Shown here: positions 27,355 through 41,399 of the stretch, one piece after another | How the letters are laid out: the number at the start of each line of letters is the position of its first letter | Numbering within the stretch: position 1 is the stretch's first letter | Source: Octopus sinensis | Lineage: Eukaryota | NCBI RefSeq assembly: GCF_006345805.1 | Contig: NC_043006.1 | Location: forward strand, 101,494,001 to 101,558,000 | Direction of reading: 5' to 3' | Length of the DNA stretch: 64,000 nucleotides | Program-made: the position numbers and the translations under genes | The notes under the pieces: generated by a model | Told to the model about the DNA's origin: nothing | Database searches by the model: none | What the model saw: only the letters and a program-made list of their open reading frames with translations

Positions 27355-28493
27355 ATAGCAGACCCTCAGCTTACTCAAGAAGTGAACAAGCATGTTGTTA
27401 TTATGGTTATAAAGGCTAAGCATAGTGATTTAGAAATATCTTGAATTTTAAAAGTTGCTAGATTTTTCGTCTACAAAGATTGTAAGGAGTTAGAGACTGA
27501 AGATGGAAATGTATCACCAGTATCAAAGCATAAAAAGCATTGTAAATGCTCTGAAATCATCAGAACATCTGAATTTATCCAGCAAGTTCAACAGACCATT
27601 GATTACAATCCCAGAACATCCAAAAGGTCAATTGTGAAAGATCTCCATGTGTCAGAATGAACAGTTAGAAATGTTGTCTATGAAGACATTTGATATAAGT
27701 CTTATATGATGAGGAAAGGTTAGTTTGTCAGAAAAAGCAATAGAAAATTACTACAAATTGAAAAATCCAGCAGAAAAAGATTTGGTTTAGTTTTTTCTCA
27801 AAGGATAAAAACTTGGACCAAGATCAAAAAGTTAACAGAAAAAATGAGAAATGGTTATGTGCAAGTTCCAAGTGTTATGCATGCAAAATTTCCTGAAATT
27901 GTCATGGTTTTAGGAGTTGTCAGCAATGAAGGACATGTGATGCCTCCTTACTTCTTTCCACAAAGCCTTAAAGTTAACTCTGCTGCCTACATTGAGGTCC
28001 TGGAAATAATTGTTAAGCTCTGGATAGACAATGTATGCAGTGGAAGGCCATTTGTGTTTCAGTAAGGCTCTGCACTATCACACATGGCTCTAGTAACACA
28101 GGAATGGATGGCTGAAAATTTTCATGATCACATAACCCCTAACATTTGGCCTTCTAATTCCCCAGATCTCAATCCATTGGACTATTATATGTGGAACATT
28201 CTTGAGAGAGAGGTCACTGAACACACCCATAACACCAAAGTTTCTTTGAAAGCTGGCATAGTCAGAGTAATGTCCAAAATGAACCTGGACCACTTGATTA
28301 CAACATGTAGATGATTTAGATGTCACATAGGAGCAGTTGTTGAAGCCGAAGGTGGCTTTATTGAATAACATCATAGAAAAGAAGGTTTATTTTTATCTTC
28401 ATAGCATTTTTTGATAAATAAAGTTATTACCTGTTAATATATATGTTTTTATTAATAAACATAAATCTGTCCTCAAATATCTTACGCACCCTG
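27355..28493 (+). mobile_element. Decayed Tc1/mariner transposon of the DD37D (maT/Bmmar1-like) type; transposase pseudo-ORF 27355-28368
   Basis: Reconstructed translation: ADPQLTQEV..LEIS*ILKVARFFVYK..FFSKDKNLDQDQKVNRKNEKWL..VMVLGVVSNEGHVMPPYFF..FVFQ*GSALSH..WPSNSPDLNPLDYYMW..AVVEAEGGFIE*. There are 37 residues between the mutated second D and the third D. Right TIR ...ATCTTACGCACCCTG is followed by a TA microsatellite. Multiple stops and frameshifts. Confidence 0.85.
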
Positions 28494-28499
28494 TGTATG

Positions 28500-28540
<41 letters not shown>

Positions 28541-30749
28541 TTTTCTTGTCACAGTACTCTAAAGAAGTAAGCACTTTTGCTAATATTTTTTCACTTGACT
28601 TCATGATATGTATTGTATGTATTTCTATCTGGTTATTTAAGAGTTCTTTCCATGACAATACATCATGGAAATAATATTTAAAAGGCATGAATATATATAT
28701 ATATATATTATATATATATATATTATGTATATGTATGTATGTATGTATAAAATCACGTTGCATCAGCTCCTGTCATCTGTGGAGGAAATCACTGTTTCTT
28801 TCTTCTTTTCTCAGCTGACATTGACTGCCTTAGCTTCTATTATTTATAGCTACATTTTCACCGATCACCGTTTCTAACACTGGTTGTGCTGTCTTCTACT
28901 CTGTCATAATCCATTCTCTTCTATCTGATGCTTATATCATCATCATTAACTTTTTCTTTCTACAATAGCATAGATATCTATTCATGACTCCTACTTCTCT
29001 TCTTACCATTAGTGTTCCTATCACTTTACTTATCTCTTCTCCTCTTTTTTTTGCAGTGCTACTATTGCTGCCGTTATTTCTAATCCCATCTCTTTCTTTC
29101 TCTCTACTTATTTCAGCATAAATTAATTTCATCTCTCGGATACTCTCATGCTGCTTACAATGTTTCCAACTCTTTGACTCACTCTATGTACTCACACTAC
29201 TTCACTTTTTTGTCATACACCAGTGCCATTTCTATATCACTGCTTCTTTATTCTGCCATGCAAGACTCAGTATGTAAATTGATTTGAGTTTTATTTTCTG
29301 CCTTTATTTGCAAAATGACCCATGTGGCTGTTCAAGTTTCAAATTAAATTTAGTGGAAAGATTCTGAAATAAAATTTGAATATACTTCAGGGTGGACTGA
29401 ACTCTTAAATTTGTAAAGACAAAGTTAAGCAATATTGCTGGAAAGTTCAATGTGCTCAATTGTTCCTGTTATATCAGTTGTTACTGCAAAGGTTACAGAC
29501 CATGAAATCGGTCTTTTTTTAATTTTTTTAAAAACAATATAAAAACAAAATGAGAAGGGAATCCAATGTACTGCCCAGTTATGCCAACATGGTAAATCAG
29601 GCACTACCGATATTGATATGATGGCATCAGAATCTCTCTCTCTCTCTCTCTCTCTCTCATTTGTATGTGTTAGCAAACACATGCAGATAACCAATGTTAC
29701 ATGTGTGCACAAACACATGCAAGCTCTTATATATATATGTACATATGCATCTACAGACACTCTTTCCAGAATATGTTTGCATGCACAGACACGCACACAC
29801 TATTTTTAATATGTGCACTTACCCATGCATTTTCACATCCTATTGTAGTAGAAGTATTGTCTCTGGATTCTTTTTGAAAAAGTTTCATTTGAAACTGAGC
29901 TACAAGGGATGAACTATTTTCCAGAATATCTGTCTCTAAATTAAATGTACACAGAGTTAGTTATGTGGTTTTGTCTTGAGAAATGTTTCAGAATGTGTAG
30001 GAAGAAAACAAGAAAGACAACAAACTGAATTAGGAGAAAGAAAGAAAGAAAAAAGGAAGTGGAACTAAAACAAAAAGGATGTTTTGATATTGATAATGAT
30101 GGTGATGATGACAATAATAATGATAATAATAATAATATTAAGTACATTTCATTATAGAGTTGCTAGTCTCTTATGCCTTAAAGTATAATGTCTATTAAAT
30201 TTACCTTTTTATACAAATTTTATTGTTATATTGTTATCTGGCATCTAAACCAATTGAACAATATCGAAAGAAATCTAACTGGAAGGGAAAGTAAAATGGT
30301 ATAAAAAGCCAACCATAGTACTATAAAACCAAATAAAAACTGCTCCCCTCGAAGTCATGAGTTTGTTTCTTCCTTTTAAAATTTCTTCCAATTTTTCTCA
30401 TTCTTCAAGTTTTCTTCTTCTTCTTCTTCTTCTTCCTCTCCTCCTTCTCCCCTCCTCCTCCTCCATGCCCTCTTTCTTTCTTTCTACTGTATTCTTCAAT
30501 CAATAATCATTGCCTATTTACATTTATCTCTGTTTACTTCTATTATTATTTTTGAAAAAATTGTATATTTGTTGTACTCCCCTTCAAATATTTTGCTTTT
30601 TTGATAGTGTTTTTTGTTTTACATTTTAGCATATTTTTTTTTTATTCTTTGGAGTTGGTAGAAGAGTTGTCTTTGTTTCTTAGATTTCTTCTATTTTCTA
30701 TAATTTTATTAGAACTTCCTCAGTTTCATTGAAAAATAAATAAATATGT

Positions 30750-30945
30750 GATAAACAACAATAACAATGATGATGATGACAATGATAATAATAATAATAA
30801 TAATAATAATATCAATAATAACAATGGTATGAAAAATAAACAGATATGTGATAAACAGCAACAAGAATGATGATGATGACAATAATAATAATAAGAAGAA
30901 TATCAATAATAACAAAGGTAATGGCTTTAGTGATGATGATGTTGA
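30750..30945. repeat. Compound (GAT)/(AAT)/(AAC) trinucleotide low-complexity tract
   Basis: Runs of ATG/AAT/AAC triplets. Source of the spurious poly-I ORF 30709-30981. Confidence 0.85.
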
Positions 30946-31652
30946 TTTTGATATGTATATGTAAAAAATAAACTGCTTCATCTCAAAGAATATAAGAACA
31001 CATCTCTGATTGACATTTACTGGTATATTTTTAGTGTAGCAGGTCTAAATATTTAAGGAAAAAAACAAATCTAAAAATGAATTTATAGAATAAATAGTGA
31101 AAAAAACAAAAGAAACAAATAAAAAAAATTGATTATTTACTCGGAGTTTCTGTCTATAGAAAATATTAGAACATTTTTTAACACTTTTAGTATCTACTTT
31201 AAATGCATCATTATCTTCTTCTTCAATGTTGTCATCATTATCATTTCAATAACTTCTTTCCTTGTTTGCATGAATGGAATTTGTTGAAGCATGTTTCCTC
31301 TGGTGGGATGCCCTTCCTGTTATCAATTCACACCTGTATATGTGTGCATGCATGCACACACACTTGAACGTGCACACACACACATACACGCATATATGTA
31401 TGAATAGACCAGATAAGAGTAGTGAGTGAGAGAATACATGTTTATTCTATTTGTTTACAGCTGTTTCATAATCTTGTTAGTTACGTAATAGATTTAACAT
31501 CAACATTTGCATGTATGTAAAATATAAATATAATTAATGAAGTACAGCCATGTATACAAGTGTGCTGAGAAATTAACTAATAGAATAATCTTTAGAATGA
31601 TTCATGATAGTTCAAGACATTAACTCTATTGCAGAAAGTAGGTTGATTCTCT

Positions 31653-31688
<36 letters not shown>

Positions 31689-31697
31689 CCCTCTCTC

Positions 31698-31735
<38 letters not shown>

Positions 31736-31825
31736 ATATATATATATATACATATATATAATATTATATAAGAAATTAAAAAAGGAAAATACACACACTT
31801 TACATAGTTTTAATATAATCTTTAA

Positions 31826-32385
31826 TATATCAACCGGTTTTGCTATCGCTATTCATGGTATTATGTTTTACTTCTTTGAATATGTATATTCTTAAGAAGA
31901 AATTTTGTCCATGTGTGTGATGATATTTACAAGTGAATGACTTCACAAGTAGAAAAATAAGGACAAGGGAGATAACTGTTTAGCTTTCGGTAATGAGAGG
32001 GGAATAAATATGTACAGACATAAAAAGGGTTTCAAAAAACTTGTTTAGTGATGGGATTTATATACAGTGATGTAATTGTGAATTGAAATATGTAAAAAGA
32101 TAAAAGTTGGTTATGCATGCATATTAAGACGTGTTCCATATTTTTCAGAAAAAAAGTTTTGTTATTTACATGTTCTTGTGGAGGAATTGTGCCTTTGCAC
32201 TTGTAGAAGGGGAAGACAGTGAAATTTGGTTTGATGTTATCTGCACATTTTTCTATATGTTCACTGAGAGGAATTTGCTGTATTGCGAGAAACGGATTTG
32301 CTCTTTATGTAGAGGGATTCTCTTTCTCAAGGACATACCCGTCTGTCCAATATAGTACACAACTACATTGGACAGACGAGTGTAA
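31826..32385 (-). mobile_element. Penelope-like element fragment: GIY-YIG endonuclease C-terminus plus 3' region
   Basis: Minus-strand translation YYIGQTGMSLRKRIPLHKEQIRFSQYS / IPLSEHIEKCADNIKPNFTVFPFYKC / KYGTRLN (YIGQT at 32340-32354). This matches the PLE GIY-YIG pattern YIGQT..L..R...H..I and C-terminal KY...LN. Frameshifted. Confidence 0.7.
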
Positions 32386-32469
32386 TGTATGATATATCTT
32401 CCTTGTTACAGCTACAATGGAGAGGGAGAAAGAAAGAAAGATGGCCAATGGTCATGTGAGAGCTATACA

Positions 32470-33018
32470 TTATATATATATATATATATATACATACATC
32501 TATACTAATATATATATATACATACATCTATACAAATATATATATATATACGCATACATCTATACAAATATATATATACATATATATATATACGCATACA
32601 TCTATACAAATATATATATACATATATATATATACGCATACATCTATACAAATATATATATACATATATATACGCATACATTATCATATCTATATACATA
32701 CACATATATATACACACATATATACACACATATATATACATATATACAAATACATACATATATATGCATATATATACATATACATATATATTCATATATA
32801 TATATATACACACACACCTATATATATCATAATATATAGGTATAGATATATATATACTTATATATATACACATATATATAGTACATTATATACATATATA
32901 TACATACATATATATATATATTATAAACATATATATATATATACATATATATAGATATACATATATAAGATATAGTATATACTATATATATATATAATAC
33001 ATATTATGATATATATAC

Positions 33019-33053
<35 letters not shown>

Positions 33054-33088
33054 ATATATTAATATATTATATATATACATATACATAG

Positions 33089-33125
<37 letters not shown>

Positions 33126-33210
33126 ATATATATGAATATATATATATAATATACATATACATAATATATATATATATATATATATATTAATATCATATAT
33201 ATATATATAT

Positions 33211-33302
<92 letters not shown>

Positions 33303-33393
33303 TACTATATATATTATATATACATATATATATATATATTATATACATATATAATATATATATATATAATACTTCTATATATATATATATATC

Positions 33394-33460
<67 letters not shown>

Positions 33461-33494
33461 AATATACTATATATATATATATATATATAGATAC

Positions 33495-33525
<31 letters not shown>

Positions 33526-33554
33526 CATATATATATACATATATATATATATAC

Positions 33555-33585
<31 letters not shown>

Positions 33586-33675
33586 CATATATATATACAT
33601 ATATATATATATATACATATATATATACATATCAATATAGATATATACATATATATATAATATACATATATATAT

Positions 33676-33743
<68 letters not shown>

Positions 33744-34655
33744 TAGATATATTATATATATTAATATATATACACATATATATATATATAATATACATAT
33801 ATATATACATATTATATATATACAATATATATACATATATATATATATAATACATAATATATTATACATATTAATATATATATACATATATATACATATA
33901 TATATATAATCATAGATATAATATATATATATATATATACATAATATATACATATATATATATTATACAATATATATACATATATATCTATACATATATA
34001 TAATACATATATATACATACATATATATACATTATATATATACATATATACATATACATATATACATATATATATATATACATATATATATATACATATA
34101 TATACTATATACATATAATATATATACATATATATATATATACATATATATATTACATTATATATACATATATATATATACATATTATTATATATATCAT
34201 ATTATATACATATATATAACATATTAATACATATATATATATAACATATATATATATATACATATATATATACATATATATATATACTATATATATATAT
34301 ATATACATATATTATATATACATATATATATACACATATATATACACATATATATATACATTATATATATACATATATATATATATCACATATATTATAT
34401 ACATATATATATATACATATATTATATATACATATATATAATATACAGATATATAATATATATATATATACATATATATATATTACATATATATATATAC
34501 ATATATATATATTATATACTATATACATATACATAATAACATATACATATATCTATACATATATATATATACATATATATATATACATATTATATATACA
34601 TATATTTATATCATATAATATTACACATAATATATATATACATATATACATATAC

Positions 34656-34686
<31 letters not shown>

Positions 34687-34778
34687 CATATATATATATA
34701 TCTATATATATATATAACATATATATATATATACATATATAGATATATACATATATATATAATATCATATACATATAC

Positions 34779-34841
<63 letters not shown>

Positions 34842-35262
34842 CATATATATATATTACATATATATATATATACACATATATATATATACAATATATATAT
34901 ACATATATATATATAATACATATATATATATACACATATATATATATATACATATATATATACACATATATATATATACACATATATATATATACCTATA
35001 TATTACACATATATATATACACATATATATATATATACACATATATATATATACACATATATATATCACATATATTTTATCACATATATTATACCATATA
35101 TATATATACACATATATATATACACATATAATATAATACACATATAATATATACATATATATATATATACATATATATATATACATATATATATATACAT
35201 ATATATATATATACATATATATATTATATACACATATATGTATGCACATATACACACACATA
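32470..35262. repeat. ~2.8-kb (TA)n/(TACA)-type complex microsatellite array
   Basis: Almost pure alternating TA with periodic C substitutions. All Y/I/C/M/V-rich ORFs between 32417 and 35279 derive from it. Confidence 0.97.
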
Positions 35263-35482
35263 TAGCAAATGAAAGACAAAAGATGGAGTGTATGAGAATT
35301 TATTGTTAATTATGACAATTGTTTCGACACATCTAGCATCGATTCCTCTTGGGTGGGACACTCAACAACTGGTTCAGGAACATCTGGCGGTGCAGATGTA
35401 TCTCATCGGGTGAAAAATAAATACAACTCATTAAAATAACAACAAATTCTCGTATATTCCATTTTCTGTCTTTCATTAGCTA
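35263..35482 (-). mobile_element. 220-bp fold-back element (about 53-bp imperfect inverted repeats) containing a hammerhead-like core; probably Penelope-derived
   Basis: Left arm 35263-35315 and right arm 35428-35482 are reverse complements with scattered mismatches. The minus strand between them reads CCGATGA-GATACAT...ATGTGTC-GAAA-C-AATT-GTC. Confidence 0.7.
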
Positions 35483-35564
35483 TATACCTAATAATAATAT
35501 TCACTGTGAAATTGACCATACTTTACCAGTAAGCTAGCAGGTGTAAGCCATTCATTTTATTATC

Positions 35565-35570
35565 CATTAT

Positions 35571-35616
<46 letters not shown>

Positions 35617-35980
35617 TATGATACATGCTATAAATATTGTATGTATACATACATATACATATATGTATACATACATATACATATATGTATACATACATAT
35701 ACATATATGATATATATATATACATACATATGCATATATAATATACATACATTATATATATATATATATATATCATAAAAACTAATTTATATATACAATA
35801 TATATGCATATATATATATACATAAATATATAATATATATATAATACATACAAATATAATTATATATATATATATATATACAACAATATATTTATATATA
35901 CATATACATATATATACATATATTTACATATATATGTATGTGTGTGTGTATGTATATTTATATATATATATATATATATC
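35565..35980. repeat. (TA)n/(TACA)n microsatellite array
   Basis: Alternating TA with a 22-bp unit TATGTATACATACATATACATA repeated at about 35640-35705. Confidence 0.9.
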
Positions 35981-36369
35981 CTATAGGCGATGGATGTACT
36001 CAGCAGGTTACCCTGTACGATTGACTTTAGGGAAACGATGGCCATAGATCAATGCAAATTCGGCATGGATGTGACTCGAATCAATAAACAGAATACTTCC
36101 TAGCATATAATCTTATCTTTCTCAGTTCTTATTACCTGTTTCCTCTGTTAATTTTTGTCTTTCATCTCTCTTGAATCAATGAAATAGGTAAACAAGTGTA
36201 TACTTCACTTGATGTAAACAACTGCACTAATTCTGTAAACCATTGTATATCTGCAATCGTTGAGTGCTGTTTGCTTGGGAGGTAAACTACTGACAAACCA
36301 AGAGTGTGCTGCTGTTTCAGTGCTATTTGTTGTCTCTTCATGTTATTTTCACTTTTTGTTATCCTTCAT

Positions 36370-36750
36370 CTTTTTTTCAGTCTTTAGACTGTGGCCTTGC
36401 TGGGGCACTGCCTACAAAACTTTTAGTGAAATGAATCAACCCCAGTACTTATTTTTTTCTTTTAAGCTTGTTACATATTCTATCAGTCTCTTTTGCTGAA
36501 CCACTAAGTTACGGGGCTGTAAACACCCCATCACCAATTGTCAAATAGTGGTGGGGGACAAACACAAACACACACATACACACACATGGCAGGCTTGTTT
36601 CAGTTGTCATCTACAAAATTCGTTTACAAGGCTTTGGGTAGACCAAAGCTATTGTAAAAAACAATTGCCCAAGATGCCATGCAGTGGGACTGAACCTGGA
36701 ACTATGTGTTTAGAAAGCAAGCTTCTTACCAACCAGTCATACTTACGCCT
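36370..36750 (-). mobile_element. SINE family A
   Basis: Colinear with 61597-62000. Confidence 0.85.
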
Positions 36751-37215
36751 ATTATGTATTTAGGAAAAATATGCATGTTATGCATCCTTATTTTAGTTTC
36801 ATAAATATTGCATTTTAAGTTTTATCAAAAGAAATCAATATTTAGCATGTAAGTGAGAGAGTAGTGTAGTTTTAGACAAATAAAGGGAAACAACATAACC
36901 AAGTGCTATGATTATGACTTCATAGCAACTACCATGCTTTTGTGAATTGTTTTAGGTGTCCATATAATTGCAAGCAAACATAGTCATCTGCAATTGGTCA
37001 TTCTATCCTTAATGCTGCAGTTCATTGTGGATGTGTTGGGTGGAGAGGGAAAGCTGCATCAGCATTTGGTGGTACTCATTTCCACTTGAGTATTGAGGTG
37101 ACTGGGACAACATGAAATGAAGCACCTTACTCAAGAACACTATACCTTAATTGATCTAAGGACCAAACACACAACTTTACAATTGTGAACCCAACACCCT
37201 AGCTACAAGACAATG

Positions 37216-37790
37216 CTCATCATCATCCTCTAACATCTGTTGTCCATGCTAGCATGGGCTGGATAGTTTGACCAGAGCTGGCAAGCTGGAGAGCTGCAGC
37301 AGGCTCCAGTCTGATTTAACAGGGTTTCTACAGCTGGATGCCCTTCCTAATGCCAACCACTTTACAGAGTGTGCTGGGTGCACAACATGAGCACTCACAC
37401 ATGGCATTGGCATAAGTGCTTTTTACATGGCACCGAGCACAGGACTCTTGCAGGCCAATCCTCTCCAGCAGCAGCACTGTTCTTAAGACTTCTGCTGTGG
37501 AGCACAGGTCTTCTTGAGTACAGCTAGGCACAAGGCCTCTTGCTCCTTTATCATCTTGCCTGAAAGGTTCAGCATTCAGATATCCTCCTTCAGTACTTTA
37601 TCCCATGTCTTTCTGGGTCGCCCACTTCCACATATTCCTTCTACTTTGAGAGATTAGCACTTCTTTATGGAGCTCTCAGTATCCATCCACCTCACATGAC
37701 CAAACCAGTGCAATCGTCTCTCTTGCACACAGCGTGTAAACCCTCTTATGCCTAACTTTTCTCTAAATACACAAGCACTCTCCTTCACAG
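37216..37790 (-). mobile_element. RTE LINE 3' end (ORF2 C-terminus + 3' UTR + tail)
   Basis: Minus-strand translation REKLGIRGFTRCVQERRLHWFGHVRWMD..KC*SLKVEGICGSGRPRKTWDKVLKED, the RTE WFGHV / GRPRKTW motifs. The 3' UTR matches 43910-44381. Confidence 0.85.
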
Positions 37791-39136
37791 ATAGCAAACT
37801 TAAATAGCTACATTACACTATCCGGTTGACTGCCTTGCATTTTAAGTACCAGTAATACATTGTTGTATATTACACATTATTTAATCTTTGTATGAGAAAT
37901 TAATGGAGACAGTCATTGTGGTAAAGTGATGAATTACATGCTTACGGTTGTGTACATTTGTGTGATTAATTAATTGTATCTATTCCGAGTTGAAACCATG
38001 CCAAGGTCAGCTTTAACTTCCATTATTTGTAGTGGTAAAATAAGTAAATGTCTTTTGATAATCATACAATATTCCCTTGTGAAAAGTGTACACAGCTGAG
38101 ACTAGATGCTTTACTGTGATTCATTCACTATCTTGCTGTTTTAAGTTCAAATGTTGCCAGATATTACTTCATCATTTATTCTTCAAAGGTCAGTAAAATA
38201 AATAAGAATAATATGCTGGGGATTTAATTAACAATCTCTCCCTCCGACAAAAATTTGCTGTGTCCCTTGTAAAACTGTAGGTAAATTAATAAAAAAGCAG
38301 GAAAAAATTTTTAAAAAACAGTTCTTGAGAGACTACAAAATTTTCTCCTTTTTGTACACTATTAATACCCTTACAGTTTTTGTAACATTTCTTATTTAGT
38401 GAGGGTGGTATTGCTGCTTTTATTGATGAAGGCAACTCTTGATTTCTCTGTATCTGTGAAAGGATTTTGATCTTGGAAAATCCAAGTAAACCTGTTCTAA
38501 ATTACTGTGAGAAGTTCTAGAAAAAAGCACTTAATACAGTAAGAATAAATTACTGTCTTTTGCACATGCACTCTCTCTCCCTCTCTCTCTCTCTCTCTCA
38601 TTGCCACACTGTGGTATAGAATGGCTGTAAATTCTAAATAAAGTTTCACTGAACCAACCACTGATTGAGACATATTCTGAACATAACAGTTCTTTTTCCT
38701 TATAGATGCCTCTGCATTTATGACTCAATAGACAGTAAAATTCCATAAAAAATCCTTTGATGGAATGTTTATTAAGTCTAGTTCCATTGCAGACTATCCT
38801 GCAATGCAGTAGGAATCTAAGAATTCCATCTGTTTGATTATAAATAGACTGATTATAAATAGAATCTGCAACATGCATTTTTTTTTAAAGCAAAATATAT
38901 TTGGTGAATAATGCATTAAAAAAAAATTGCAACATAAAAAATAGGACACATTAAAAAAAATAAAGCATGTAACATAAAAGGTTATGTTACATGTTATGAA
39001 AATAAAAACTAGTGTTGTAAAACTTCAGATGTAGTTGTTTCCATTCCTAAAACTAAACTAGCAACATCTAAAATATTAAATAACAACGTTATCTCTATCA
39101 TTAGCAGCAGTGTTTTAACAGGGGTTTTGTCTAAGT

Positions 39137-39365
39137 CAGTGTTTCTCAACCAGGGTCCATGTAAAATTTTGATGTAAAAAATTATACTTAATAAATTGGT
39201 TACACTTTTACAATGCACAAAATATTTCATCAATTTTTTTTAATACAATTCCTAATAATGTTTAAATATGATAGGATTTTTAAAACCTCAAACAATTATG
39301 AGGGTCCACCCAAGGAAAATAGGAATCAAAGAGGTTCATAGGCTAAAAATGGTTGAGAACCACTG
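39137..39365. mobile_element. hAT (Charlie-like) MITE, 229 bp
   Basis: TIRs CAGTGTTTCTCAACC / GGTTGAGAACCACTG. 8-bp TSD GTCTAAGT (39129-39136) and GTCTATGT (39366-39373), a 7/8 match fitting the nTCTAnAn-like hAT target. Confidence 0.9.
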
Positions 39366-39949
39366 GTCTATGTTGCTGTATTGTACATTGTCAATCTTGA
39401 TGTTTTGTAATCTGTTATACTACATCTAGTATCCTGATATTTGACTGACCTCCCTAACTCTGTCCTTGTCGCCTTTCAATTTCTTCAGTAAGTCTTCTTT
39501 TTCAAATGATACATGGCACATTTCCATTGAGCACTTATGGTCCAAATGCATTGCATTTTCATAATTGTAATGTTCCCCAGTCACTCTTTCAATCACTTGT
39601 GTTTAATATCTAATACAGCCTAACATTTATTCAGTCACACTCGACATCTTTCATATCAGTCTTTTAGATTCAGCACCCTTCTCTGACTGTCATGAACCTT
39701 ACTTTTTGAAGTAAAATTGCTTGTGGATGTTGGAGAATTAAAGGTGACCTTTTTTCTGTATTTTTGCATCGCATGACGATTCTAGCCTTTCATCATGACT
39801 ATTGTCCTGTTCTTCCTATCTCCATTCTGGTTCTATAATAATAGTTGTCATGTAACTCCCCCACAGCAAGAACCCTGTTCTGTTCTGGTACTTTCTTTCA
39901 AACTTTAACTTCTCATCCAGCGTAAATCCACACTTCCTTTCTACAGTAG

Positions 39950-40197
39950 CTCCACTCAGTCAAAGGAATTCTTAGTCTTGTGAACTGCACAGCCACCCCA
40001 CTAGGGTTTGTGTTATGAAAAGAGCACTTAGCATGTTCTGCAAAGTGTTTAGAGGTAGAAAAGGTGTCCGACTGTTAAAACCATGCCAAAGCAGAAATTA
40101 GTTCACAACGCAGTCCTCAGGCCTGTTGGATCTTGTCAACTTTTCCAACTCATGCCAGCATAGAAGATGGACTTTAAAAGATGATGATGATGATGAT
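39950..40197 (+). mobile_element. RTE LINE 3' UTR/tail fragment
   Basis: CCAACTCATGCCAGCATAGAAGATGGAC followed by (GAT)6. Confidence 0.7.
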
Positions 40198-40651
40198 GTG
40201 AGAAAACACTACAATACATTTTGGTCAAGTAACTTCAACATCTAACATTTCATTCTGCCTAGTTGCAGATATGCATCTCAGGATGTTGTAATTTATCTTT
40301 TTAAGATGCCTCAGTTTTTATAGAATTATTGAATGATTTGTCAGCTTACTGTACAGAGTTCATTTATCTCTATAGGAAAACATTTCCTGGTATCCTAATC
40401 ACTAGTAGATTTATCTTTCATTTGCTTAACAGTTTGGAAACTGACTACAAATGCAGTCTGAGGGAAAGTTTATATTTTGTATAACATTTTGAAAACAACA
40501 AGCATTATTTGTTGTTGTTTTTCAAAGGGTCAGTCACTGATTTACTGTATTTTAGAATCGCAAGTGTAAGTAGCATAGACGGAACAAAGAACACATGTTA
40601 GTTTTGTTCTAAAACACTGGTTTATCAGTTTCACTGATATACATCCGCAAA

Positions 40652-40921
<270 letters not shown>

Positions 40922-41399
40922 ATCTTGCAAGAGAATTGAAAAATGTGTATCTGTGTGTTTGTACCTACATATGTTATACATACATCAATTAATGAATAAA
41001 GGCATTATATGTGAATTATTCTAAGTTTCTTCGTCATAAAACTAGATTTTATGAGCCTGAATCATTACTGGATCATGCAAGGTAAGCTATACACACCTGC
41101 CTGAACAATCACATTTTTGAGATCCTTCATTCATTCATCTATTCTTCATTCTCATTCAATTGAGTGCCTTCTTGCCGATCCTTTTGGCAAAAGTGAACAG
41201 TACACTATATATATTTACATCTATATATTTATATATATAGATTTATACTTATATATACATATATAAGTGGTTCACCAGTATAACCTCAGTACTGGGCTGA
41301 AACCAGTAAACGATAAAAGATATATATATATATATATACAGGTATGTATATTCATATAGGTATATATATATATATTTATATAGGTATGTATATATATAT

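Noticed and set aside
31826-31882. Hammerhead at the 3' end of the PLE fragment (minus strand AAAACCGGTT, possibly from GAAACCGGTT)
   Set aside because: Core and helix II are too degenerate to support; only the palindrome remains.
32417-36045. Numerous long ORFs rich in I/Y/C/M/V (up to 194 aa)
   Set aside because: Stop-free translations of TA/CA microsatellite on both strands; no coding complexity.
35990-36082. Direct repeat ATGGATGT(G)ACTC as rearranged hammerhead halves
   Set aside because: Needs an inversion plus several core substitutions (CTGCTGA, GAATC); not parsimonious.
39400-39950. Possible LINE coding remnant on the minus strand
   Set aside because: Only vague resemblance (SFEKEDLLKKLKG); no diagnostic motif.
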